Source: Bacteroidia bacterium
GTDB taxonomy: Bacteria; Bacteroidota; Bacteroidia; M30B66
Length of the DNA stretch: 64,000 nucleotides
Assembly (NCBI GenBank): GCA_965279035.1
Contig: OZ257142.1
Coordinates: 1,440,001-1,504,000 of the forward strand
Reading direction: 5' to 3'
Made by a program: the position numbers and the translations under genes. Under the pieces are notes generated by a model. That model did not search any database. It was not told where the DNA came from and saw only the letters and a list, made by a program, of their open reading frames with translations. Below, piece by piece: positions 19,204-29,486 of the stretch (the stretch's first letter is position 1; each line of letters starts with the position of its first letter).

Positions 19204-19899
19204 TTACATTTTTTCACAAATCAGAATGCATTTTTCTACATGATCTAAATGCATTTTTAGTGTAAGAAGTGTTGTTTGAGCCCATATCTTAATTTCAATA
19301 TTGGATGTTTCTTTTATTTCCTTTTCAAATGAGTTTATAGCTTCTTTATGTCCAAGAGCCATCATTTCACAATAAGCCATGTCAAATGCTTTTCCTGAAT
19401 TCTTATTTAATTTTTCAAATGATGCAATTGCTTTATCACTAGCAGCTGACGGAACTATGATATTATTCTTTTGAGCAATTTCTGTCAGAGAATTCAAGGT
19501 GTTTCCATGCTCTAATACGAGCATTTGTGCTAATTCTCTTACTTCTTTAGTTTGAGTTTTCTGTTCTGCTAAATCACCCAGGCGCATTTCTTCCAAGCTT
19601 ATTTCAGCAGCATTTATTAAAAATTTTGAATCTACTTCGTTTATTGATTTAACTGGTGATTTTTCATCTCCCGAAACTGTATTTTCATTCGATTTTTGTA
19701 CATTATTACATGCACTTAGTATGATTAATCCAATTAAGAAGAGGAATGAATATTTTTCTTTTCTTAATTTATTTCCTAAAAATGCTGACCTCGAGTTTTT
19801 AATTTTAGGAGATGGAATTGAAATTAATTCATTTTCCTTTTTTTGATTTAATTTCAAATAGTTTTCAATCTCTTGAATGAAATTATTAATCGTTATCAT
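19204..19899 (-). CDS. DUF4142 family ferritin-like (lipo)protein
   Basis: 'DSKFLINAAEISLEEMRLG.LA','AFDMAYC.MM...HKEAI..FE','L..HL'; lipobox-like ILSAC. Start uncertain. Confidence 0.85.
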   Translation of the reverse strand: MITINNFIQEIENYLKLNQKKENELISIPSPKIKNSRSAFLGNKLRKEKYSFLFLIGLIILSACNNVQKSNENTVSGDEKSPVKSINEVDSKFLINAAEISLEEMRLGDLAEQKTQTKEVRELAQMLVLEHGNTLNSLTEIAQKNNIIVPSAASDKAIASFEKLNKNSGKAFDMAYCEMMALGHKEAINSFEKEIKETSNIEIKIWAQTTLLTLKMHLDHVEKCILICEKM

Positions 19900-20010
19900 A
19901 TTGAAACTTGTTCGTAAATGAATTATTACGATTCAAATTTCCTTCTATATATCTTATTATCTATTACATAAAAAGAGTACTTAATTACACTATTCTTAGG
20001 AACGAATTCG

Positions 20011-20445
20011 CTACATTCTATCTTTATACCAAGATAATATATTCTCCATTTTTTTAAAACGTGAAATCGAGTTAATGATTTTCTGAATTCTTAAAAACGC
20101 TGTTTCACTCTTTACAACATAATCAAATGCTCTGTGATGCATACATTCTATTGCAACTTCTATTTTGTCTTGAGACGATAACATAATTACAGGTATATCT
20201 GGATTATATTCCTTTATCTTATCTAATACCTGAATTCCATTCATGGCAAAGCGATCTAAACCATCTAAGTGATAGTCTAGAATGATAATATCAGGTGTTA
20301 AATTAAGTTCAACTAAACACAATTCACCTGTCTCAAATGTCTTGATTTCATATTCATTATGAAGTCTGAAATCATTTTCAAGTAGTTTTAGATAAATTGA
20401 ATCATCATCAACTAGGAATATTAATACCTTTTTCTCCGTATTCAT
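20011..20445 (-). CDS. Single-domain response regulator
   Basis: 'LVDDD','PDIIILDYHL','MLSS','DYVVK'. Confidence 0.9.
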   Translation of the reverse strand: MNTEKKVLIFLVDDDSIYLKLLENDFRLHNEYEIKTFETGELCLVELNLTPDIIILDYHLDGLDRFAMNGIQVLDKIKEYNPDIPVIMLSSQDKIEVAIECMHHRAFDYVVKSETAFLRIQKIINSISRFKKMENILSWYKDRM

Positions 20446-22441
20446 TTTTAAATTTTAATTGTTTAATTTCCTCTTGTAATTCAATGCAAGATTGTTCACA
20501 GGTTTTTTCTATTAATTCAATTAAATCATGAATTCCATCATCCTGTTGTCGACTTCTTGCGAATTCTTGAATCTGTCTTGCCACATTCTCAATTTCTTTA
20601 TTAATTCCCATGATTGAAAAAGATGGAATCATTTTATGAACAGCCATTTGAAGGGATTTCCAATCTTCCTCCTTCAAACTTTTTTTCATTGCATTAATTA
20701 AAACCGGCGTCTGTTCCAAGTAAAGAGATATTATCTCTTTCATTAATATTGGATCTGATTTAGTTCTTTGATGTAAAAATTCAAGATTAATTAATTTTAG
20801 GGGTTTTAATATCACTTTGTCAAGCTCAAATATGTTCTTATTTATTTGACTTTTAGGATGAACTAACCCTATCATTTTCGAATACAAAATCCGTTCATCA
20901 ACCGGCTTTGCTATATAATCATTCATTCCTGCCGCTTTGCATTTTTGTATGTCAACGGTTGTCACATCAGCAGTTAATGCAATAATGGGGGTTTTTAGTT
21001 TCAATTTTTTTCTTATCACATTCGTAGCTTCAAAACCATTCATTTCTGGCATTTGAAGATCCATTAAGATAATATCATAATTATTTTTGTTTTTAAGCAT
21101 TTCTATTGCTACCTTTCCATTTTCAGCAATATCATAATCAAACCCAAAATCATCTAATAATGTTTTCATTAAAAGCTGATTAAGTTTAATATCTTCTACA
21201 ACTAAAATTCTAATATTCTTAATTTCACTATTATATTCTGGACCTTCTACTTCCAATTCAGGAAGTTCTATTGTTTTCTTAAAATTTAACTTGAAACTAA
21301 AAGTTGAACCATGTTTTAGCTTACTTGTTAGATGAATAGTTCCTTTCTGTGATTCAATTAACTGTTTCACTATTGCTAAGCCTAATCCAGTGCCTCCATA
21401 TATTCGAGAGGTTCCATTTGTTGCTTGTTGGAAATTTTCAAATATTTTTAGTTTTTTATCCTCAGGTATTCCGATTCCTGTATCTGACACTGAAAATAGT
21501 ACTGTTATAGTTTCATTTGTTTCTTCAACAAGTTTTAATTTAACAGTTATTGATCCTTCTTGTGTAAATTTTATTGCATTACTCAATAAATTCAGCATAA
21601 TTTGATTGAGTCGCATAGCATCCCCCAATACTATTTCTGGTATATATGAATCATATTTTTCATGTAACACCAAATTCTTTTCTTGAATTTTATTTTCAAA
21701 TAATTGCAAATTCATTTTAATTCCTTGAACTAAACGAAATGGCTTTTCCTCAAATACCATATTTCCAGAATCAACTTTTGCTAAATCAAGAATATCATTG
21801 ATTAAAACAACCATTGAATCTCCACTTGTTTTAATTGCATTCAAGTATTCTTTCTGTTTTGCACTAATTTCTGTCTTTAATATAACTTTTGTAAATCCGA
21901 TAATGGCATTCATAGGAGTCCTAATTTCATGACTCATATTCGATAAAAATTGTTGCTTTGACTTGAGGGCCTCTTCAGCTATTTTCATTGATTTCTCAGC
22001 CTTTTCACGTGCCTTCTCGGCCATTGTTTTTGCTTCTTCGGCCTTAATATTTGCATTCATTAATTCTCGTTCAATTCGCTTTTGTTCGGTTACATCTCTT
22101 GCTACCACAACTGCTCCAAGTGCATTCCCTTCTTCATCTTTATATAAAGATCCATTAAACAACACATCGGTCAGTTTCCCATCTCGAATTGTGAGAGGAT
22201 AATTCTTCACAAATCCTTTTAGAAATATTTTCTGATATACTTCCCGAGCTCTTTCTGGTTCAGTGAAATAATCATAAAAATGTGTACCAATTAATTCCTT
22301 TTTTGATACACCAGTTATGGTCGACATCGCTTCATTCGTATCCGTAATTTCTCCTGCAGAACTAATTGTGATTAGTGGGTCAAGACTGGCTTCAATCAAG
22401 CTTCGGGCATAATTCGATGTATACTGTTTTATTTTTATCAT
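20408..22441 (-). CDS. PAS hybrid sensor histidine kinase (PAS-HisKA-HATPase-REC-Hpt)
   Basis: 'FLSNMSHEIRTPMN','NLLSNAIKFT','DTGIGI','GGTGLGL','ILMDLQMP', Hpt-like 'AVHKMIPS'. Confidence 0.93.
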   Translation of the reverse strand: MIKIKQYTSNYARSLIEASLDPLITISSAGEITDTNEAMSTITGVSKKELIGTHFYDYFTEPERAREVYQKIFLKGFVKNYPLTIRDGKLTDVLFNGSLYKDEEGNALGAVVVARDVTEQKRIERELMNANIKAEEAKTMAEKAREKAEKSMKIAEEALKSKQQFLSNMSHEIRTPMNAIIGFTKVILKTEISAKQKEYLNAIKTSGDSMVVLINDILDLAKVDSGNMVFEEKPFRLVQGIKMNLQLFENKIQEKNLVLHEKYDSYIPEIVLGDAMRLNQIMLNLLSNAIKFTQEGSITVKLKLVEETNETITVLFSVSDTGIGIPEDKKLKIFENFQQATNGTSRIYGGTGLGLAIVKQLIESQKGTIHLTSKLKHGSTFSFKLNFKKTIELPELEVEGPEYNSEIKNIRILVVEDIKLNQLLMKTLLDDFGFDYDIAENGKVAIEMLKNKNNYDIILMDLQMPEMNGFEATNVIRKKLKLKTPIIALTADVTTVDIQKCKAAGMNDYIAKPVDERILYSKMIGLVHPKSQINKNIFELDKVILKPLKLINLEFLHQRTKSDPILMKEIISLYLEQTPVLINAMKKSLKEEDWKSLQMAVHKMIPSFSIMGINKEIENVARQIQEFARSRQQDDGIHDLIELIEKTCEQSCIELQEEIKQLKFKNEYGEKGINIPS

Positions 22442-23025
22442 TTCAATAAAATAGAATTCATTTCACCAATTTCTTCAATCGGACTCCTTCTTTTATCTTT
22501 TAGTTTTTTAAAGTGTGTTGGTGATAAACCTGTTGCTTTCTTGAATTGATTTGATAAATGCGCAACACTGCTATAATGCATCTTCCATGCTATTTCTGTT
22601 ATATTTAATTCATCATAAATAATTAATTCTTTAATCCTCTCTATTTTATTGGATATAATATATTGTTCTATTGTACTCCCTTGAACTTCTGAAAATAAAT
22701 TGGCTAAATAGGTATAATCATAATTTAATTTACTACTTAAATACTCTGAAAAATTAACCTTAATCCTCTCATCTGTATAATGAACCATTTCAATAATTGA
22801 ATTTTTAATTTTTTCGATCAATACTGACTTTTTATCATCCATTAACTCAAGACCTGATTTGAGTAATTCAGCTTTTAATTGCATTCGTGTTTCCTTATCA
22901 ATCTCCTCCATTATTTCTATTTCACCTAAGTCAACAACAACAAAATGAAGATCAAGCTTTTTAAGCTCCTCCTTCACCATCATCTTGCAACGATTACTAA
23001 CCATGTATTTTATATATAGCTTCAA
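22438..23025 (-). CDS. AraC family transcriptional regulator with N-terminal metal-binding-like segment
   Basis: 'YIKYMVSNRCKMMV'; C-terminal 'ITEIAWKMHYSSVAHLSNQFKKATGLSP'. 4-bp overlap with the kinase. Confidence 0.9.
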   Translation of the reverse strand: MKLYIKYMVSNRCKMMVKEELKKLDLHFVVVDLGEIEIMEEIDKETRMQLKAELLKSGLELMDDKKSVLIEKIKNSIIEMVHYTDERIKVNFSEYLSSKLNYDYTYLANLFSEVQGSTIEQYIISNKIERIKELIIYDELNITEIAWKMHYSSVAHLSNQFKKATGLSPTHFKKLKDKRRSPIEEIGEMNSILLK

Positions 23026-23287
23026 TGGAGTATATTTTTAACATTCAAATTTGATCACTAATGTTCACCTGAACCTTATGGTTTGAATTCAATTCTTTGC
23101 ATAATTCACACATTCAGATTTTGTTATAATTTACACATAATTACTATCTAAAATACATCCTACTATATTCAACTCAATTATTCTTATGCTCATATACACT
23201 AAGATACAAGACAAAGATTTTCATTTCAACCTGCAATGGTTTGGCTTTTTTGTCATTTCTTTTACTTTTACCACTTACCCAATTTCT

Positions 23288-26200
23288 ATGTTCAAACGTT
23301 CCCTTACATTTTTATCTCTTTTCATTTCATTTACAATTTCCGCCCAAAAAAAGCCTAACTCAAAATCTGAAACTAAGCCCGATTGGGATGTAAATATTCC
23401 TATTGGTCCAACCAAAAGTGTTTCGTTTGACCTCGATGAAGGAACTTGGATGAATTTAGATGTGAGTCCTGATGGGAAATCCATCGTCTTTGACTTGCTA
23501 GGTGATATCTATTCAATGCCCAGTTCAGGCGGAAAGGCACAATGCTTACGTGCTGGTTTAGCCTATGAAGTTCAGCCACGCTTTAGTCCTGATGGCAAGT
23601 TTATTTCTTTTACCAGTGATGCTGGTGGTGGTGATAATATTTGGATTATGAATTCAGATGGTACGAATTCTCGTCAAGTTACAAAAGAAGACTTTCGATT
23701 ATTGAATAATGCCGTTTGGACTCCTGACGGAAAATACCTCATCGCAAGGAAGCATTTTACTAGTACCCGTTCAGCTGGTGCTGGTGAATTATGGATGTAT
23801 CATATTTCGGGTGGAAGTGGAATTCAACTAACTCAAAAGAAAAATGATCAACAAGATTTAGGAGAACCATTCGTATCAACAGATAATCGTTATGTGTACT
23901 ATAGCGAGGATGTTTATCCAGGTGGATATTTTCAATACAACAAGGATCCCAATTCCCAGATTTATGTCATCAAACGACTGGATCGGAAAACAGGAACAAA
24001 CGATATTGTTGTTCGTGGTCCGGGTGGTGCTGTGCGTCCTACTTTATCGCATGATGGGAAACACATTGCTTTTGTAAGAAGAGTTCGTGAAAAAACAGTT
24101 CTCTTTATTCGTGAACTTTCAAGTGGTATTGAAAAACCGGTTTATACAGAGTTAAGCAAGGATCAACAAGAAGCATGGGCTATTTTTGGAGTCTATTCTA
24201 ATTTCAATTGGTCGCCCGATGATCAAGCTATTTATATTTGGGCTAAAGGGAAAATTCGGAAAATAGCTGTTTCCTCTGGACAATCAGAAGTAGTACCTTT
24301 CCAAGTTACCAGTTCACATAAAATATCAGAAGCACTCCATTTTCAACAAGAGGCAGCACCTGATTCTTTTGATGTAAAAACAATCCGACAGGCAATCACT
24401 TCTCCCGATAATAAATACATCGTATTTAATGCTGTTGGATATCTCTGGAAAAAAGACCTTCCATCTGGTAAACCAACACGTTTAACAAAATCTGAGAATT
24501 TTGAATTTGAACCAACATTCTCACCCGATGGGAAATCGCTTGCTTTTGTTAGTTGGAGCGATACTTCACTTGGAGCAATATGTGTTTTCGATATCAACAA
24601 TAGAACTGTCAAATCGGTTACGAAAGAAAAAGGAATTTATAGAACACCTTCATTTTCGCCCGATGCAAGCAAATTGGTTTACCTCAAAGAGGAAGGAAAT
24701 GATCATCAGGGCTTCTCTTATTGCAATGAACCTGGTATTTATATTTTGTCATTGAAGGACTTTTCCACAAGTAAAATCCAAATTGATGGTGAAAATCCTC
24801 GTTTTAGTGCTGACGGAAAACGAATCTTTTTTCAAACTGGAGGTTACCTTTTTGGTGCATTAGATAAAGCGTTTAAGAGTGTTGACTTGAATGGATTTGA
24901 TGAAAAAACGCACTATACTTCAACCTATGCAAATCTCTTTGTGCCAAGTCCCGACAACCAATGGTTAGCATTTACAGAATTATTTAAAGTGTATATCACC
25001 CCATTAATTCAAACAGGGAAGGCACTTAGCTTGAGCAATGGAACTGATTCGTATCCATTAAAAATGGTTTCGGAAGAGGCTGGAATTAATTTGCATTGGA
25101 CTGCAACAACGAATCAATTGCATTGGACGTTGGGGGATACATATTATAGTACAGATGTAAAATACTGGTTAGACTTAAACCAAGGAGTTGAAGCACCAAA
25201 GCCAGTAAGTTCAGGTTTGAAAGTGGGTCTTCGTTTAGCTCATGATAAACCACTTGGTTCAGTTGCATATATCAATGCACGAATTATTACCATGAAGGAT
25301 AGTTCTTCCATTATTGAAAATGGGACGATACTTACAAAAGGAAATCGCATTGTTCAAATTGGATTAAACGATGCTGTCTCTATTCCTATCGATGCTCAAG
25401 TGGTGAACTGTTCTGGCAAAACAATAATGCCAGGAATTATTGACGTGCATGCTCATCTTGGAACATTTCGCTATGGCTTGAGTCCGCAACAACAATGGTC
25501 ATATTTTGCCAATTTAGCTTTTGGTGTTACTACCACGCATGATCCATCCTCGAATACCGAAATGGTATTTTCACAAAGTGAGATGGTGAAAGCAGGCATC
25601 ATGACCGGTCCACGGATTTTTTCTACTGGTATTATTTTATATGGAGCTGATGGCGATTTCAAAGCGCAAATTAATAAGTTGGATGATGCTCGATTTGCAT
25701 TAAAACGTACCAAAGCTTTTGGAGCATTTAGTGTAAAAAGTTACAATCAACCACGTCGTAACCAACGCCAACAAGTAATTGCAGCAGCCAGAGAATTGCA
25801 AATGGAAGTGGTGCCTGAAGGTGGATCACATTTCTTTCATAATATGAGTATGATACTCGATGGTCATACGGGTATTGAGCATAACATACCTGTTGCGGAT
25901 ATATACAATGACGTAGTGAAACTTTGGAGCAATTCTAAAACGGGTTACACTCCAACATTGATTGTTAGTTATGGAGCAATTAATGGGGAATATTATTACT
26001 ATCAAAAAGATAAAATTTGGGAAAACGCACGTCTTCTCAATTTTACTCCAAGGGCTTTAGTCGATCCACGTTCACGTTATCGTACGGCAGTACCGGATGA
26101 AGAATATTACAATGGACACATGTTAATTGCTCGTTCTTGCAAAAAGCTAGTTGATGCAGGTGTTCGCGTTAATTTGGGTGCACACGGACAAATTCAAGGC

Positions 26201-26572
26201 TTAGGTGCACACTGGGAATTAAAAATGTTAGCCTCAGGTGGAATGAGTAATTACCAAGCTCTACAATGCGCTACTGTAAATGGTGCATATTATATTGGTA
26301 TGGAGAAAGATCTTGGAACACTCGAAGTTGGGAAATTGGCCGATTTCATTGTCTTGGATTCTAATCCATTGGATGATATTAATAATATAGGAACGATAAA
26401 ATACACTGTTGCGAATGGGACAGGGTATGATTCGATGTCAATGCAACCATTAAATCTGAAATTGAGAAAACGTATGCCTTTCTATTTTGAACAGCTCTAT
26501 GGAAATAACGATTTTCATTGGCATGATGAAACTCACAGTTTTCACGGATTGAATTGTGGTTGTAGAAAGTAG
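23288..26572 (+). CDS. TolB-like beta-propeller + amidohydrolase fusion
   Basis: Repeated 'SPDG' WD40-like motifs; 'MPGIIDVHAH'; 'GTLEVGKLADFIVL'; His/Cys-rich tail. Start MFKRSL chosen for its signal peptide. Confidence 0.9.
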   Translation: MFKRSLTFLSLFISFTISAQKKPNSKSETKPDWDVNIPIGPTKSVSFDLDEGTWMNLDVSPDGKSIVFDLLGDIYSMPSSGGKAQCLRAGLAYEVQPRFSPDGKFISFTSDAGGGDNIWIMNSDGTNSRQVTKEDFRLLNNAVWTPDGKYLIARKHFTSTRSAGAGELWMYHISGGSGIQLTQKKNDQQDLGEPFVSTDNRYVYYSEDVYPGGYFQYNKDPNSQIYVIKRLDRKTGTNDIVVRGPGGAVRPTLSHDGKHIAFVRRVREKTVLFIRELSSGIEKPVYTELSKDQQEAWAIFGVYSNFNWSPDDQAIYIWAKGKIRKIAVSSGQSEVVPFQVTSSHKISEALHFQQEAAPDSFDVKTIRQAITSPDNKYIVFNAVGYLWKKDLPSGKPTRLTKSENFEFEPTFSPDGKSLAFVSWSDTSLGAICVFDINNRTVKSVTKEKGIYRTPSFSPDASKLVYLKEEGNDHQGFSYCNEPGIYILSLKDFSTSKIQIDGENPRFSADGKRIFFQTGGYLFGALDKAFKSVDLNGFDEKTHYTSTYANLFVPSPDNQWLAFTELFKVYITPLIQTGKALSLSNGTDSYPLKMVSEEAGINLHWTATTNQLHWTLGDTYYSTDVKYWLDLNQGVEAPKPVSSGLKVGLRLAHDKPLGSVAYINARIITMKDSSSIIENGTILTKGNRIVQIGLNDAVSIPIDAQVVNCSGKTIMPGIIDVHAHLGTFRYGLSPQQQWSYFANLAFGVTTTHDPSSNTEMVFSQSEMVKAGIMTGPRIFSTGIILYGADGDFKAQINKLDDARFALKRTKAFGAFSVKSYNQPRRNQRQQVIAAARELQMEVVPEGGSHFFHNMSMILDGHTGIEHNIPVADIYNDVVKLWSNSKTGYTPTLIVSYGAINGEYYYYQKDKIWENARLLNFTPRALVDPRSRYRTAVPDEEYYNGHMLIARSCKKLVDAGVRVNLGAHGQIQGLGAHWELKMLASGGMSNYQALQCATVNGAYYIGMEKDLGTLEVGKLADFIVLDSNPLDDINNIGTIKYTVANGTGYDSMSMQPLNLKLRKRMPFYFEQLYGNNDFHWHDETHSFHGLNCGCRK

Positions 26573-26660
26573 TAGTTAATACCTGTTTCGTCAAAAAGCC
26601 TAACAGTGTTCTTTTTGATGTTTAATATTTAAATGTTTGATTGACTATCGTATAAAAAAT

Positions 26661-26685
26661 GCTCTTCGTTTGAGGAGCTTTTTTT
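26661..26685 (+). terminator. Intrinsic terminator
   Basis: GCTCTTC-gttt-GAGGAGC followed by TTTTTTT. Confidence 0.65.
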
Positions 26686-27141
26686 GTTTACAGATGTATT
26701 TATTTTCCACCCCATTCGTTTAATATATTGATAATCAAATAAATAACTATCGTAGTTATTAACACTATCTAGTTCATTGCTTTTAATAAGGCAGCTGATT
26801 AACAGCAGTTTACTACCTCTATCTTCGACAGTATGATACGGTTGTTCGGTTTACTTAGTTGTCTGCTCGCCTTGTTCTTGCTGCCCTTGAACCTTCGTTT
26901 GCTTTCAGATGCAATGGGGATGAGTTCAAATGGTTCACTTTCTGGATCTTGTTCTGGAAGTTGGATTCTTTTTGCTCTACTCTCATTAACAACTTTATTA
27001 TCAGCATTTGCTGGTATTAAAGTCATTCGTAGAGCATAAGTTCATTTTCAGCCTGAAGAGAAAGTGATATTGAATGAGTTCTGGTTGTTCTCCATTCAAT
27101 GTATTTCTTTCTCTTCAGCAAGGTTTGCAATTTTTTCCAGC

Positions 27142-27156
27142 TGGCATTATTCTTGC
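27142..27156 (+). promoter_or_regulatory. Sigma-54 (-24/-12)-like promoter
   Basis: TGGCATTATTCTTGC has GG-N10-GC spacing and matches TGGCA-N6-TTGC, upstream of the 27230 ORF and the SulP-DAB cluster. Confidence 0.55.
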
Positions 27157-27229
27157 TAAGCCCGCCGCTGCATTTTAAAAGCTACTTTTTCAAAACCATA
27201 TCGGTATTAAAAAAGTTTACATTTGCCCC

Positions 27230-27577
27230 ATGAATTTCAGGTTGTTGCGGACAAGTCTGTTTCTCACTACATTCTTTTTATTACGATTTGGCTTTATTCA
27301 AGCCGGAGGATATTTTCATCCTACCAATGTCCCTGTTCAATCTATTCATGCAGCACAGCCTCTTTCGCACGATATTGTTTGTCTTCCGATTGAAATTACC
27401 GAGGACAATGAAATAACCGAAGCGCGCAAACGGGTTTTATCAGGTCATCAAGCTATATTATTAGCTTTTGAGTTATTTATTTCAACTCAAAATTTATTTG
27501 TTCGTTCAGTTCAACTCAACAACCCAGAAATTCCAGCATTTCCTAAATGGTTGTTGTTACGTGTTTTTCGAATTTGA
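27230..27577 (+). CDS. Hypothetical exported/small membrane protein leading the SulP-DAB cluster
   Basis: Signal-like N-terminus; TACATTTG -7 box at 27218-27225. Confidence 0.55.
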   Translation: MNFRLLRTSLFLTTFFLLRFGFIQAGGYFHPTNVPVQSIHAAQPLSHDIVCLPIEITEDNEITEARKRVLSGHQAILLAFELFISTQNLFVRSVQLNNPEIPAFPKWLLLRVFRI

Positions 27578-27774
27578 AAACACCTCGATCATACTGATCT
27601 AATTTCTATTTTTCCCAGTATTGGCGACTCATGTGGAATTCTTATTTCCAATTTCATGAGTATGATTGATTTCCTCTAAATCATTTCCAATTCAATACTG
27701 ATCATTCAGCCTTTCAGGCAATCCCTTTTCATTATTCATCCCGATACTTTTTCGGGTTTTAAATAAAAGTACCC

Positions 27775-29478
27775 ATGGATTCAACTTCATTGAAAAAATC
27801 TAATTCTATTTTCTCCACCTTGAAACAGTATTGGAAATCTGATTTATTATCTGGATTCCTTGTTTCACTTATTGCGCTTCCTTTGTGTTTAGGAATCGCA
27901 GGAGCCTCAAATTTCCCACCTATTATGGGTGTATTGACTGCCATTGTTGGTGGTATTATTGTCGCATTTTTTGCAGGTTCAGAATTAACAATTAAAGGTC
28001 CAGCAGCTGGATTAATTGTTATCTGTGCTGGATGTGTTGACGAATTAGGAAACGCAGCAGCCAAACTCGGACTTAATTTAGGCTATGATCCAGCAACACT
28101 TGTCAAAGCAGCTGCTGAAATGAAAATGCCTGTTGAACAATTTTTAGGCTGGCACCTTACCTTAGGAGTTGTTCTTGTTGCTGGTGTTCTTCAATTCATT
28201 TTAGGAAAATTAAAAGTAGCTAGCCTCGCAGATTTCTTCCCTCTTTCTGCTGTTCACGGAATGCTTGCTGCAATTGGAATTATCATTATGTCGAAACAAT
28301 TGCACCTTGCAGTTGGAATTATGCCCTCTGAATTAAAGGGAAAAGAACCATTGGAATTACTTATGATGGTTCCTCATAGCTTAATGAATATGGAATGGCA
28401 CATAGCTGCTATTGGTGGAGTTGGTTTAATCATACTATTTAGTTGGAAATACATCGGAAAAGGTTTCTTGAAAAAAGTTCCTCCTGCGCTTGTAGTTTTG
28501 GTTGTGGCAGTTATTATGGGACAGTTTTTTCATCTTTATGATCCAATCTATCAAGCAAGAAAACCACTTGTAAATCCGGGTGATTTCAAAATCAATTTGA
28601 ATGTTGATTTTAGTGGACTATTAAATCCAGAATTGATTGCAATTTTTCTCAAGTATTTGTTAATGTTCACCTTGATTGGATCTTTAGAATCACTTCTCAC
28701 TGGAAAAGCAATCGATTTATTAGATCCTCATAAAGTGAAGTCTGACTTAAGTAAAGATCTATCGGCTGTTGGTATTGGCAATGCTGTTTCTGGATTACTT
28801 GGAGGATTACCAATGATCTCCGAAGTAGCACGTAGTTCGGCCAATATCAGTAATGGAGGTAGAAGTCGTTGGGCTAATTTCTTTCATGCTCTTTTCCTTT
28901 TGCTTTTTGTTGTTGCATTAGTGCCTTTGATTAAAATGGTTCCTGTTGCCGCTCTTTCGGCCATGCTCATCTTTGTTGGTTTCCGTTTAGCTTCTCCTAA
29001 AGAATTCGAACATGTTTTTCATGTTGGGAAAGAACAGCTTATCATTTTCATCTCAACCATTATCGCAACACTTCTTACCGATTTGTTGATTGGAATTGCA
29101 GTTGGTATTATTGTGAAATTCATCATTCACTCAATTAATGGTGTGCCGGCTTCCAGCTTCTTTAAGCCTTTTCTCACCATGCATGTGGATGAAGTCAATG
29201 GGATTTATTCAATTGAAGTTCAAAAATCAGCGATCTTCAGTAATTTCCTAGGTTTCAAAAAACAATTAGAGAGAATTCCTGCTGGAAAACACATCATCAT
29301 CAACTTTGAACAAACGCGTTTAGTCGACCACAGTGTGATGGAAAATCTGCACAATTTCGAAAATGCCTATGTGCGTGGTGGTGGAACTTTCGTAATTACT
29401 GGTCTTGATGGACATACACCGCTTTCGAAACATGCTTTAGCTTCACGTAAAAAAGCTGCTTTTAAAACTGTAATCTAG
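27775..29478 (+). CDS. SulP/SLC26 family anion (probably bicarbonate) permease
   Basis: 'DLLSGFLVSLIALPLCLGIA.AS','IKGPAAGL','GGLPMISEVARSSAN'; short STAS-like C-terminus. Confidence 0.92.
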   Translation: MDSTSLKKSNSIFSTLKQYWKSDLLSGFLVSLIALPLCLGIAGASNFPPIMGVLTAIVGGIIVAFFAGSELTIKGPAAGLIVICAGCVDELGNAAAKLGLNLGYDPATLVKAAAEMKMPVEQFLGWHLTLGVVLVAGVLQFILGKLKVASLADFFPLSAVHGMLAAIGIIIMSKQLHLAVGIMPSELKGKEPLELLMMVPHSLMNMEWHIAAIGGVGLIILFSWKYIGKGFLKKVPPALVVLVVAVIMGQFFHLYDPIYQARKPLVNPGDFKINLNVDFSGLLNPELIAIFLKYLLMFTLIGSLESLLTGKAIDLLDPHKVKSDLSKDLSAVGIGNAVSGLLGGLPMISEVARSSANISNGGRSRWANFFHALFLLLFVVALVPLIKMVPVAALSAMLIFVGFRLASPKEFEHVFHVGKEQLIIFISTIIATLLTDLLIGIAVGIIVKFIIHSINGVPASSFFKPFLTMHVDEVNGIYSIEVQKSAIFSNFLGFKKQLERIPAGKHIIINFEQTRLVDHSVMENLHNFENAYVRGGGTFVITGLDGHTPLSKHALASRKKAAFKTVI

Positions 29479-29486
29479 AAATAATC

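Noticed and set aside
26799-27039. Overlapping small ORFs on both strands
   Set aside because: No recognisable motif; cannot tell which, if either, is real.
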